DNA of 64,000 nt, taken from assembly GCA_046563655.1 (NCBI GenBank), contig CM102290.1:7192001-7256000 (forward strand). Direction: 5' to 3'. A program made the position numbers and the translations under genes. The notes under the pieces were generated by a model. That model was not told the DNA's origin. It did not search any database and worked only from the letters and a program-made list of their open reading frames with translations. Position 1 is the first letter of the stretch. Each line of letters begins with the position of its first letter. Below are positions 26,713 to 51,200 of this stretch, piece after piece. Source of the stretch: Yuukianura sp. NJ FZ-2021. Taxonomy: Eukaryota.

Positions 26713-27411
26713 AGTCAGAGGGAGACCCTTAGGTGACAATTAATCTACCTCCAGAGTTCTGTGCCAAACTATAACGTTTTTTTGCCAATTTTTTTGGAAC
26801 TAATACTTGATCCATGAAAGGGCATGTCAAGGGGTATGTTGGTATGTTAAGAGAGTTTAAATGGCGCCAAAATTCGAAAAGTACTTGGACGCCATCTTCA
26901 TTTCTAACTGGGCCCTTTCACTTTCCTTTAAACCTTTGATTGGAATTGAGCTACATGACGACGCTCTCTCTGCCTTTTGATTGAAACGAATAAACATTTT
27001 CTGCTACTTTCTCCTGCTCCACAAAGGGGGCTCTTGGCTTTCACCATTCATTTCCATCGTTCCGTTTTTTTTTTGTGTCTCCGCTGAGTCTGCCGAAAGT
27101 AGGCTTACATTTCACAGTTTGTCGGAAGATGGCAGCAGGCCGACTGGCGGAGAAAGTGCAACTTATTTACTAAACTTTCTGCAGATTTGCAGCTTGTAGG
27201 CACATTTAAGCAGAAAAATAATCACTCCCTGCCTAATAATTGAAATTTCAAGAATGACTTTTCAAATACTGCAAACAAAGTTCGGTACTACAAAATTTCA
27301 TTTTCTCCCAACTTCTAATTACAACAATTAGAACTTTATCTATTACAAAGGATACATGCGACGAATCCATAGTTTTTTTTTGGTTGGTTTAAAATGGCAA
27401 ATACCCTAAAT

Positions 27412-27417
27412 AATAAA
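27412..27417 (+). terminator. Candidate polyadenylation signal of EPS8
   Basis: AATAAA about 700 nt after the stop, followed by T/GT-rich sequence. Confidence 0.35.
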
Positions 27418-28543
27418 GTAAAAGTTCTAATTAATTAACATGCAATGTTAATGTTCTGTTCTTAATGTTCTGAATGTCCAATGAGAAATAACTATTGCAT
27501 GAATGCCTTATAACTTATGAGTCATAAGTGAGATTTCCGTACCCCGTTTTAACCAAAATGCTGAACTGTTTTGATAATGCTCAACGAATTTGAACTTGAA
27601 CATTGTTGTGAATCCAACGTGTGATTTTAACCTTAACGTCCGTCTAACAAAACAGAGTGTTTGACACTATTATTAAAATTATGTAAGACCACTTAGGTGG
27701 GTACAATTAAGAACATAATTAAAAAAATGAAACATTTACCAGAATAAATAAAAAATATGCTAAAGAAATTATCGTTCCAAAACCTTCGTTTCAAATACAA
27801 TTTTTTTTGATTGATTATAGATTACTTCAACAAGTTAAGGTTCTTGTTCCTTATGTGCTTGGACGTAATTTCGTAAGTTGGACTTGCTTTTCTCGTGTGT
27901 TTCAAAATCCAAACATTTGTGCTGAACTTGGTTATTTCTGTCGTCAAGTTGTGGGAGATTCATTTGTGCAGAGATAGAGACTCATCATTTGAGAATGCAA
28001 CTTCGTCAACATCGGTTTGGTCCATCTTGGAAAAGATGTTCGTTTGCCGACTGAAGGGTGTCTCTTCCCCTGTGAGATGCGTCTGTTGTTGCTTTCGTTG
28101 GAGTGCGACTGAGGTCAGTCCGAAGAAACTGCTGCGACTGCTGGATAAGTTTGGCGTATAAAAATAGGAACATTTTGTCTTTGGGAGGGAGTGCAGTCGT
28201 GGATATCCGGTGTCCCTTCAGACCTCTCCGCTTGCCCTAAAAAACTGCTCCTTAAAAAACTATTTTTGGTCTCCTTTGGTCTCGCAGCTGCTGAGCAGGC
28301 AACAAGCACTTTTTTAGAAAAAAAAAAGTTGGAAAGTTTAAAAGAAGGAAAAGACGGAGATGAAAAAGGATTTTTCCCAGACTTTTTTAGAAAACCGGAG
28401 GGGAGATTTTCGTCGGACACTTTTTGGACTACGGCCAAGCAAACCTTCGGTTAAACCAAAAGCGTCGAGAAAGTACCTAACCTAAGCTTCTGCTTCCTAG
28501 CTAGCCTCCGTCTGTTTCAATCTCACAGCAAGGGAGACCCTAG

Positions 28544-29451
28544 TGACCTTTGACCTCTGTTTTCTCACACAATGGGTCTGTGACCCCATCGCCGGGGTCA
28601 TCGGAGCTCAGAATCCCCATGGCAGGAGGCAGTAGGGGAAGAACAATTCTTTTATGCTGGAAGATGACCTAACGGATCCTTGGAGGGTCACCGAAGGACT
28701 GACTCCTTTGCATATTCACCCTCTAAAAACCCGGAGCCCTTTGCATATCAAAGGGGCCCTTTGTCATACTGTGTCCTCTAACGCCGTTTCCTTTTTTTAG
28801 GCACTACACACACAAACCTCATCTACACACGTCTAGTCCAAAGAATTCTGCATCATGTGAGACACTAAGGAGGCCCTTGGTCACAGTAGTTTCCTTTTTG
28901 TGAGTTTCCATTCAAAAGGGCCCTCTTCCATCACTCCTAGATCTGCCTAAAATGTTTTTACATGGATGGGAATAGGGGAGAGTTTTTGCCTTCGTGGCCC
29001 TTTTTCCCAAGCTTTCAAGCCGAGCCTTGACCTCTCCCTTCGGCCCTCCAAAAAAAATCTGCCTGACCTCTAGAACACATCTACACGCTCTCAGATGAGG
29101 AATCTCCCTTTCTTTAGTAGTATGTTACGTTACTTTTTTTTAGTTGAGGAGGAAGTGGAGCGCATAAAAAAAGATGATGGAGAGGGGAGAGCCCTTCGTC
29201 TTCTTACATCCGAAAGCATTATGAAGATGAAGGGAGGCCCTTGGTGGCTCAAGTGTCCACCACACCTGGCCCCTTTACTAAAAAAAGAACTCAACGGATG
29301 AAAAAGTGGACAAGGGCCTGTTTTTTTTAAACAGGGAGATGTACTGCTCCAAGGGCCCTTCCTCAATGTTCTCAGGCTAATACAATTGACGTTCGTCCAC
29401 ATATGAGTCTCTCCCTCTTCAGCTCAAAACCTTTTTTAAGAACGAAGGGCA
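28544..29451. promoter_or_regulatory. Candidate enhancer: DR1, repeated CCTTTGCATA and a GCCCTT/AAGGGC cluster
   Basis: TGACCTTTGACCT at 28544-28556; CCTTTGCATA twice (about 28705 and 28738); about 10 GCCCTT/AAGGGC hexamers within about 700 bp. Confidence 0.35.
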
Positions 29452-32400
29452 GAAGCTGCTTTTTTAAAGAGCCCGGGAGTTTTTTTCTCGGTTAAGTTTA
29501 GGAGAGAAAAAACTCCGAGAAATTCTTGGACATTCAAAAGTTGGAAGCCAAGGGAGCAAAAACAGTTTTTTTTCAAGTGAAGAAAAAAAAAACGCGTAAG
29601 CTTAAGCTGACGCATAGAATTTTCCCATGGTGAAATCCAATGCAGAAAAAACCGTTTTCAACCCCTTCGTTTGGTACTGCTGAGATGCTGTCTTTAGGTT
29701 CCAAATTCTTTGGAAATTGTCTCTAGCATCTGGTCTTCTCAGACCTATTTAGAATAAGAAAAGTTCACCAGCTTTTTTCTAGCTTTTTTTTTCAAAAAAA
29801 AAATAACTCTAAAGTTGTTCCGAGGTTAATGAAATCCGCTTCTTCTAAAACGGAAGTTCCAAACCGAACATACTCTTCTCTACATCTTCTCTGAAACAAC
29901 TTCTGAAAGGGTTGTGATTTTCTTGGACAAACTTTTTTCTTTTTCAAAACTAAGATCTTTCAAAAGTGTGTGTATTTTTAGTCAGACGCATACAAAAAAA
30001 GACTAAGGATTTAACTCTTTTGTCTTTTTAACTTTTTTTTTGAAGATTTGTAGCAAAGTTTGCAGGTTTTTTTCTGCTTCTTTTTGCACAAGAGTACTGT
30101 AAATCTTTACCCACGTGGATATACTCAATAGGCATGCGTCGAAAAATTGTCTCCGGCGTCCGTTCAATGTAATGTATGAATGACAGAAAAGAAAAAATCT
30201 TTGTCATTAAACACAATTTAGTTTTTTTTAAAGGAAATCCGCCCCCTCCACAAGCAAAAAACGGAAAAAGAAAAAGTCATCTCGGCTGAGAGGAGACTAA
30301 CGGCATTTTCAATTGAGATTACTAAAGGTGTGCACCGAAAAAAAAAACAATAGTTGTTTTTTACATAAGAAAATGAATTTTTACTTGTAACTTTTTTTGG
30401 GGTGTAGTTTTTACTAAGTTTTTTTTTGCGTTAGGTTAGGCGGTGGGACACTAATCGGACAATGTGACAAGAAACAAAAGGAGGAGGAACATCCGCCAAT
30501 GACATTTTTTGACAAGCATGCGCAAACCTTGCGGTCACTCTGTCAACACTAATGTCCATCCTGTCCAACATCTACAGGCAAAACTGTTAAAATTATGTTG
30601 CAAACATCAGTTTTACGAAGGAAAAAAAACATCACGGTATGTCCACGATCAAACAAGGAAGGAAGAATTTGTTTTTCAGTGAAGTGGCCACGCGCCTTGA
30701 CACTACTTTTTCCACCCTCAAAAAACTGAAAAGTTGAATGACAAATTTATTTAGACTGGTAAAAATGCCATGATGACGATGTCATTGTTATTATTATCAC
30801 GTCCAACTTGAAAGTAACGTGGGAATCTAATTTTTTTTAAATGAAAAAATATTTTCAAAAAAAGCTGTCAGAGTAGTCTCATTTCTTTACAGCGGGCAAA
30901 TTGAGAGGACAAATAGGAATAGGAATGACTTGAAAAAAAAATTGACCAAGTCTTGATTTGCACGAGTGGATTTTTGCGGGCACATGCGTGGGAACTTTTG
31001 AATTTTTGACAATTTTCTTTCGATGTTTTGGCCTTTTCGATGCAAAGGAACAATAAAAGAACTTTCTCTGGACAGTGGGACGTCAATTTTTTTTTTCAAA
31101 ATTTTTGTGGTGGAACTTTTGATGATCCTTAGAAAAGACGCGTAGTGGTCCGTCACCATTTTTCGTCATGCGGTTTCACACCTCTCTTCGCATCTTCTTT
31201 TCTTTACTATTTTCAAACAATATTACCCAAAATTTTGAGAAAAAAAATTGGGAAAACAAAGGTTTGGGTAAAGTAATAAAGTCAAGTTAAAAAATCAAAA
31301 GAACTTTTTTTTTAAAAACAAGTTCAGAGTCCTCTCATCATTTCCCCTTTGTGTAATATCGACTGTACAGTGGCCGAAATGCGTCAATTCTGGCATTGTC
31401 ATCTTCACACCCAATGTTAACTTATCGGTTGCTTTTGTTGATTTTTTTTTAAGTTTTGACACGGACAGAAGACCACCTTTCCCTACTCTGTCTTCAGTGT
31501 ATTTTTGTGTATTTTTTGTATTTTGCAGATCATTTGACTCTCCACCTGTGCATAAAGGCTTAGTCAAGGAGAACGCTTTACTTTAGTTTTTTTTTAAAAT
31601 CACTACACTATGTACGCCAAAAGCAAAAGGCCTCCACCGACCAACGGCATTTAGAAAGGAAATGAGGCGCGTAGTGGAGCCACCCTTAACAGAATCGGTG
31701 GTGGTCCATTGCCCAAGTGGATCTTAGTCGCAGCCAGGAGCCTGTGATAGGTTAGAGTGTTCCCCGAACTTCCCCAAACTCTGCAGAGGTCAACTGAGGT
31801 CAAGACGCGAAGTGTCGTTCCTTTGGCTGGATCTCCAAAGTCTTACCTGATGATGGATCGGATCCATTGGATCCTATGGTTGGGGATTAAGCGGGAATGG
31901 GCCATTGAGCTAATTGGATCTCTCCTCTCCCTGGTTTTTATTTTACTTTTCGGAACATTTTTTTCGTAGGTTTTGGGTCGACGAAAACGCAAAACGTATA
32001 AGTTCGCGGGAGGGCTCCAAAAAAAAGTTAGGCTAAAGCCGGGAACGGAATGGAGAATCATGTCTCATCCATTAACGGTCACAAATAACCCAAAAAAGAC
32101 GGGAAAAAAGACGAAGCCACAACTTAACTTGGGAAAGTTTAGTGACTGAAGGAGATACAAGAAAATAGTGGTGATGGTGGTAAGTGGTGGGAGAAGGAGC
32201 GAAGATTTGAAAATGGACGAAAGGCCGTTGGCCCACAGAACACAGGGAGACGACATCATCGACAGGAGTCGGTGATGTGTAGTTGCGTCTGGTCCAAGTC
32301 AAAGATGTTGTTGGTGGAGCCTGTAGCGTTTGTCGTCGTTTCCATGCCTATGTTATGTTGCATTAGTTTGTGACAATGTTAGCAAAGTCCTGACCCCAGC

Positions 32401-35400
32401 GATCCCTGAGTCAGCTCTCCACAAAGTTTCTCAAGCCCAAACATTTTATTTTTGATGTCATGAAAAGCATTGGGATGCTGATCCAGTCCTCATCTTTGTG
32501 TCGCTAATGAGAGCAATTAGCATCTGTAATGTCCCTAACTATACCACTACTCAAGAGTCCACTCAACCTTAACCCAAAGGGAATCATGAAACTGGAGCTC
32601 TTTTCTACAAAGTACAAAATGAGAGACATTCGAGACGTCTTGGGGAAATGACAAAAAAAAACGAAGATCTTAGTGGGATATGTACACGTAGGCATGTACA
32701 AAGCAGTTTGGAACATTTTAGAAGTCAACACAAATTTTAGCTTTGGATTTTAATAGACTCAATCCAAGATTTCGCAATTTGGATTCCAAATGTGTTGAAC
32801 GTCGGTCACAATTTTTTTTCCAAACGAGTTCCCAGGCATAAAAAATGTTGGAAAATTGTATTGAGGATTGTTAAAAAAATGATTTCAGGGTATTAAGTTT
32901 TCAGTGTCACCATATGCCAGAATAACTTAAAATTTTATGAATTTCTCATTCATATTCCTTGACTCGCATTCTTGAATTTCCAAATTTTCGTTTCCATTTT
33001 TTCTTGAAACCGATTTTTAACTATGTGATTTTTAAAGTCCTTCAGGTCAAATGTGTGAAATTTGAAATTGAAATTTTGATTGAAAGTGAAGCTTTTAGGA
33101 TCGGTTTTAATGGCGTCTCTGATGCTGGGGTTTGAGCGGCTGTTGGAAATAACAAGTTGTAAATGTTGACACAATTGTTTTGCAATTTGAAGGATTTTAG
33201 GATTTTGGCGAGTAGTAGGAAAGTTGGTTGTGTGAAGTTAGGATCAAGGTTCCTTGACAACGAAAAGCAAATTTTCTTTAACAGGTTGGGTACTACCTCG
33301 CTTGTAGACAAAAAAAAACGAAAAAACAAAACAAAAATAGGTACCAATTTTTAGTACAAATCCAAAAAAATGGTACTCATTCGTATGCAAAAATTAAAAT
33401 ATTAGGCTGTATTACGATGCCCTGAAATGAAAGGTTACTTTTTTGCGAAACCAAAAAAAAAACATGAGGTATCACCCAACCTATTGAAGAAAATCCAAGT
33501 CAACCAACCTTGGTTAGGATTGTTGGTGTGTTTTGTGGACGTGGGATAGAGTGGTGGTTGACGTGTGTTGCTGGAGGGGTGTCCTTCCCCTGGACATGGT
33601 TCCAGCGACTCTCCAGCACATTTCAGCGTCCCACTGACAGGTGCACAGATGTTGGCTTCTGTTTTGCATTGTTCCTCCTACGTAAGTGGACCAGTCGTTG
33701 TGGCCTAAGCAGAGGAGAGAAGGGGAAATCGCGGCTAAGCGAATGGATTCGGGCCATCCATATCCATTTTGGTAGCCAGTAGAAAAGTGATCTAGAAACT
33801 AAGCTAGTCGAGAGACGTCTAGGTCTGCTACAGTTCCAGAATTGTGTGATCCATTGTTAGATGCTGAGAAGTAGGTACTGGTGTTGGGGTTAGCCATCCA
33901 GCTTCCCTCGACAAGTGCATCTCATCGTCCGCATTGCCATTGCCAAGCCAGTATCCCACCAATTAACGACAACTGCCAATTCACCACCAGCGGTTTACGA
34001 CGCACCGTCGTCATTAAAGCAGAGGAATTAGACGGATAATAGGAGGGACAAGGCGAAGGAAGGGCCATTGTCTTCCACAAGCTCAGGCAGACTTACCCCA
34101 ACATCCTTCAACAGTCGCCTCACGGGCTCGCCTAACGTAAAAGTCTCAGCACCAAGGGCCTACACGAAGTGTTAGTTCCAATTCCAATCAGTTGGACAGA
34201 GGAAGTAGTTTCTAAGTCCGACGCACTTGATTTACTTCAAAAAGTGTCGCAAGTGACTTGTGCGCTATACGTTTTGTGACGCAATTGTCTGCAATCCGCG
34301 GATACCGTAATTTTGCACTTGGAACGTGAGAGACGGAACTAAGAGAAAGTTGGAGGAAGTGAAAGGTAAATTTTGAAACGTTTAGTTCCATACGCACAAC
34401 TTCCAGCATAAGAATTTTTGTGCCGAGAATAATTTTGGGAGGAAATTTTGAAAGTTGAAATTACAATTTTAAATTCTACTGACTCCTATGTATCGTCTTG
34501 CAGGCTTTTTAGAATTTTCTGTGAAATGAGTATAAAGTAGTACCGGACTTAATTTTGGGTTATAAAATTTTTTGTACCATCTCTTTAGAATGAAAAATGA
34601 GCCTTAAAATACCGTTAATTTGCAAAAACTCAAACTAATTAGTATGCTATCCATCATAATTTTTTAAGCGAAAAGGAGTGAAAGCGTTTCCTATTGTTTT
34701 ATGACTCTTCCGCCCTATAAACCTTGTCCGCTCCCTTGTCAGATTCAATATGCTCCAATTGTTTCCATTTTTCAGCAACATTCGGACGTACGTTTTTTAC
34801 ATTTGAAAATTTTTATTGCTTTTTTTTCACTCTCCAGAATTTTGAGTTTTTTAAATTGAGTAAAACACAGTTTTTTTCTATGTTGACCTTGAATATAAAA
34901 AAAAGATTGAAAAACTTGGAACAACTTTTCCGAAAGAGGTTCCACAACTTTTTCATTAAGAAAAGCGTTCGCGTTTTTTGTCAGCTTCTACTTTTTTTTA
35001 ATGTTGTCTTTTTTACGTACGATTTTGAATAAGCTGTAGAGAATTGTATAAAATTTAGTGAAGCTAATTTTGAAAAAAAAAATTATTTTTTTGCGTTTTT
35101 TAGTATGAGTTTTACACAATTTTATTTTTTCAATTTAAAAATTGTGCCGGAGTTAAAATGGGCTAAAAAGAATTGATTTTTTTTAAACAAAGGTGTAGTC
35201 GTTGGATTTATAAAAAAAAATGTTTTTGACGCAGTAGAAGTTGTAAAATATTTTTTTTAATTTTGGGGTTTAAAGTGAAAGTGGTTAACTGGTAATATTT
35301 TGCATTGGATTTGCAGGGTTGTGTTTGCGAAGACGACGTGGTTAGTTGGGGAGAAAGTGCGCCGGAGGTCGCTGTCGTGTCCACCTTGGCGTTGGCGGGT

Positions 35401-36160
35401 GAAAGTTAGGTCGTGGCGTGTGTCGTTGACGTGTGGGAGGCAGACAGCCTAACTTTCCCTGAAACACTTTCCAATTCCTGATCTGATCGGTGGGCCGGTG
35501 GTCATTGGCCACTTTCCTCCGCCCTCCGTTCCCTCCAGAACTGTGTCCGGAACGACGTCTGCGCACCGTCCAAGTTCAAACATCCAATTCAACCGGACTC
35601 AAATCAGAGTCGTAGGAAGCCAGATCCACCTCAGTCGAGTCCAGGACTTGCTCCTAGCTCCAAGGCACGAACTTTCAAAAAATAGCCTAACCTCGGCCAC
35701 TACTACCACCACCACCACACAAACCTACCCTCTGCGTGGATTTGTCTCGAGCTCTCCTCATTCGTATTACTTCAGAAGGAACTTGTAGCTCCGAGGCTGA
35801 GCCTCTTCCAGCCTTCGCCGCCACACACACATACAGTTTGAACACGAGCAAATAATAATCAGGCCTAGAACAATAGAGAGTGAAAGGACAGCCTCACCTC
35901 GCCAATTACCCTTTGTCTTTCCACCACTTTCCATTTTTCAAATCACCCATTTATAGTGGCCCTTTGACTCCTGGACCACCGCCGACTCATTCCAACGCTC
36001 TGACTAACTTTTAGTCAACCTCCGTCAACCTAACATCTTAGGCACAACGCTACTCCAGTCACTCCAGTGCAGTTTAGTCAGTGCCAGTGTCTCCAGCATG
36101 CACTAACTTCCTTCAAGCCCTCCCAACTGACCACTTCTGCAAATTTACAATTACACCAAA

Positions 36161-47152
<10,992 letters not shown>

Positions 47153-48196
47153 CTATTGGCCTGGGGTCAAATGCCCCTTCCGAACTTTCCCACCCCCGGA
47201 ACACTAAGTTGAACAACGTCAACCACCTCGTCTCCCTCCCCCGGTCAGCAACATATCCCCACCCCCGCCCCTATCCTCTGTACAAAGTGTATTTAAGTTC
47301 CTAGGAGATTCTAATCAACGGTTGGTTTTCTAAGAAAAAGTCTTTTTGTAGCCAATAACTGCTAAAAACTCCTCGTCTTTGTCTTCCCCAACCAAATCCA
47401 AAGTTTACAACAATGAACAGGGTCTCAGCGCACCAAAGTAAGGTTTACTACAAGTCTCCAATAGTGTTATCAAATTACAAGCTAGTTTTAACTATAGTTT
47501 AAATTTACCAATTCCCTATCCAGCTAAACAATTTTTAAAATGACAATGGTCAAAGAACACTCTCCGGTGGAATTATTAGAAGAAAAGCGGAGGATTTGAA
47601 AAGAAACTGCGGTGATTACTACCAAACATGGAAACAAACTACTTTTGAACTTTTCAAAATTTCCCCCTCCCTCTCCCCTTGTCTTTTGTCTCCCGCCTAT
47701 TTTCCAAACGGAGAAACTAAATCACTTTTCTCCATTAACTAGGCCATTAAAATTAATTTTAAAGTGGTTTAAGGACTGTCCGGTGACGGCCCTTGAGGCC
47801 GGCGGTCAAAATTTTTAGACTAAATGGGCTAATAGTTCCTAAAAAATGAAAATGTCACCATTTTACAGTTACCCGCCAACAATTTTATGAACTTTAATAC
47901 TACATGTGTGTGGCTAAGTCTCGTTTAACTTCAAAAAAAGTGAAAAAAAGTCCCGTGGTTCCTGATTGATTTAAAATTGGTTCGACTAACTAGTGACTTT
48001 AAGTATATAAAAAGATTAAATTATTATTATTATCATTTATTATAATTTTGATTATTAATTCTCACCATTAGTAATTGTAATAAGCGATTTATTACGTGTG
48101 AAGCGTGGTGGTGTGTTAGTTAACTATTGTGTTTTATTGTTATATTTACAATAACCTTCTCCGCGACACGCAAAATGACAAACAAAGTCTGGATTC

Positions 48197-48256
48197 AATA
48201 AAAGTTTTTTTCCACTCTCAAAACCAGTCTAATCATTTCAAAACTTTTGAAATAAA
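48197..48256 (+). terminator. Candidate polyadenylation signals of BCL11 (3'UTR about 1.05 kb)
   Basis: AATAAA at 48197-48202 and 48251-48256, following an AU-rich tract. Confidence 0.4.
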
Positions 48257-51200
48257 ATTTAATTTAAATAAAACTTTCAAATTGAATCATCAAATTATGC
48301 GCTGATTCCTTTAACGTTATGTTTTCTTAGGATTTCTGAGTGAGAAAATGTAACTGGCTATAGATGGAGAGAAAGTTAGAAGGAAGTGTAGGGGAGATGG
48401 TGCTGTCTAATTACAGCCTAGCGAAACCCTGCTAAAAAGTTTTTTGCATCAGTTGCAAAAGTGCATGCGGAAATGAGAATTTCCCACGCCAAAGTAATTA
48501 AGGGAACTTGATCATTTTGTCTTCTCGCGAGAGAAAGTCTTCTCTCTAGCCTAAAATTCAAATTTTCCTATCCACTTAGGTTCTCCACTTTGTAAAGCAG
48601 TAGTAGTAGTGCATCCGTAGTGTCGAGGGAAACCAAGGAGAAAGCGGGACATGAGCCAGCAGCCAAAGTTTTCTGCAGTTTGGTGCACTTTGTCCTTCCC
48701 CTCCGAGTTGGTTTGGGTTTCGACTTCCAATGGAACTCCAGCGCCATCTAAGAGAACTTTGTCGAACTAGTCCGCTTTCTTTGTTCTTTCCCCGGATTTT
48801 GGTCTTTCGCTACTTTCTCTATGCCGTTTCCACTAAAAGGGATGCCGTTGGCCGTTTGGAATTATTTATTCATCTGTTCCCGCCTGTTTTCCCTGGTAAA
48901 CAAAGTGGAGTTTATAATCCTGTAATGAGACTCATTAGCCCACAATGGCCCTCTTCCATGGAGTAGCATACCTGACGAAGCCTCACCACAGAGCCTCGCA
49001 ACGAGACCACTGGAAACCGTCAGGAGAAAGCCACGGCTCCCATAGCAACAGACCTATTTAGGGCTCAGGGACGCCAGAACATCCCCAAGCAACTCTTGTT
49101 TTCACGAAGCCAGAAATTGGAACAAGTGGACCACTTACCCTCGCTTTGTTTTCTTTTCAAGAATCCACAAAAAGCTACTTTAGCAGGAAAAGATGGAGTC
49201 GGGTTCATTAAGTTTCATTTTATTTATTTATGTTTTACTGAATTTCAGTTATGTAATTCTGAAGTTGTAAAAAATTTCTACCTTCTGATGTTTGAGGTAA
49301 ATCTGATAAAGAGAAACTTATATGTGATAAAGAACTGAATACAGCTCACAGTATTTTTCAAAGTTTCAAAATTTTTGTTTTATGAAAACGAAGGGTTATC
49401 CTACTTATGATAAAATTTATGTTAATTCAACGACGCCCACACATTATAAACACTCAGTCAGTTCATGATGTCAGATTCAGGTTTCAACAAAACTTTCACG
49501 TGCTACAGAGGAGAAAGTTTGATTTCACTTTTACTCGCAATTTTATGAAGCACACGAAAGAGCTCTAGAACAATTGGAAACAGGAACCAAATTATTCTCT
49601 TTTCACAAAGTATGACCTGGAGGTTATTATTAGTTCACGACTGATCAGGTCAACAATGTCGTACGTCACTTTCCGCTTATGTAAATCTGACTTTGGCATT
49701 GGCAGGTTACAAGTCTATGCATATGATGGAAAGCTTTCGCTCTTGTGGTTTGTAGGAGAAACTCTGGAATTGGACGTGCTGAACCTGTGATAGTATAATA
49801 ATAGGAAAGTTGTTAGGTTGTGCTGGAGTTGGAGTAGGGAGAGGATGGTTGATAGTGGCAGTGACTCGTGTCAAAGGTCATGCGGAGGGTGGTGGGTGGG
49901 GAGTCTCATTAGGCGGAAGGGGCGGTGGGTGCGGTTGGTGGGGGTGGGGCGGTAGCGTCCAATTTATTTCACATCAGTGGAGAGGGAGATAAATCTGGTG
50001 TTCTCTGTTTGTGATTTTTGGTGGTTCTGGGCGTAGATGCGGAGAAAGTGCGGGGAAAGGAGGAGATTTAAACTGAATTCCTCCACACATGCTGCCATCC
50101 GCATTTATCTCCAGCTCCAGCCAATCAACCCTCCACGCCTCACTGCCCCCAACTCCAGCACACCAAAACCAATCCAACGCATCACGAACCACCAAAGACA
50201 AAGGAAATTTGAATTTTCCCACTTCCAACACACACCACACCAAACAACGGCCACAACCAAACCTACGGAGTTGGACGGTTTCAAAAAATCCATCGCAGAG
50301 CCATCCACATCGGATTCAAAAGTTGACCGACACATAGACACATGCTTGAAAACTAAATCGTAGTTTAGATTCTGCTTTCTCCATTTGTCAAACTTGTTAA
50401 CAAAACCAATTTATAGATATGCATGCTCTTTGGAACTAAATTTTTACATGGAGAGCCCTTGCCGTTGAAAAAGTGTTTTCTGGCAAACCCAATTAAAACT
50501 TTGGTCAGAGTTTTTGTGTTTTTTTTTTAATTTTAGGACGTTTTAAATTTTTAAAATTTTCCGAAGTAAAGTCTTCTTCTTTCTGTTAGTCAAAATGAAA
50601 TTCTTTGTATTTCATTGTTTTTGGTTTCCATTTTTTATGGGGTTTTCATATTTGTATTTTATTTTATCATTTCCTCAAGCTAGAAGCAGTATTTAATATT
50701 TGGGAATTGACATTTATAATGTTCGTACAGTTTACTGGTCAGTTAATTTTAGAAAACAGTACTTATACACCAAACGTTATAAATACTTTTGTCCTACACT
50801 AGTCTCCCTCAATCCTTTCCTAATAAAATGCCAGCTTTATAATATCAAAAACGTAAAACTACTAAATATTCGTCGTTTGCAAATATTTCATGTTCTTGTT
50901 ATACTCCAAACTTAAGTCTCTATCGTAAGAAAAGTAAATTAGCAATCAACAATTTGTACGCAATAATATAGGGGACGCAAATCGCATATTTTGTTATCTT
51001 AGTGTATTCTATGTAAACCTGAATTTTGAAATTTAAAAATAAACTGTACAATTCTAAATAGTATATTTACGAGGGCTTAAGGGAAAGAACTTTAGCTAAC
51101 CGAAACGTGTTGATTTGCTTGTCAAGAAATGCATAAAGTGAATCCATGTTTTTTTTTATTTCGAAGTTCGTTATTCGGGGTTTAACTGCGTTTCAAAGGT

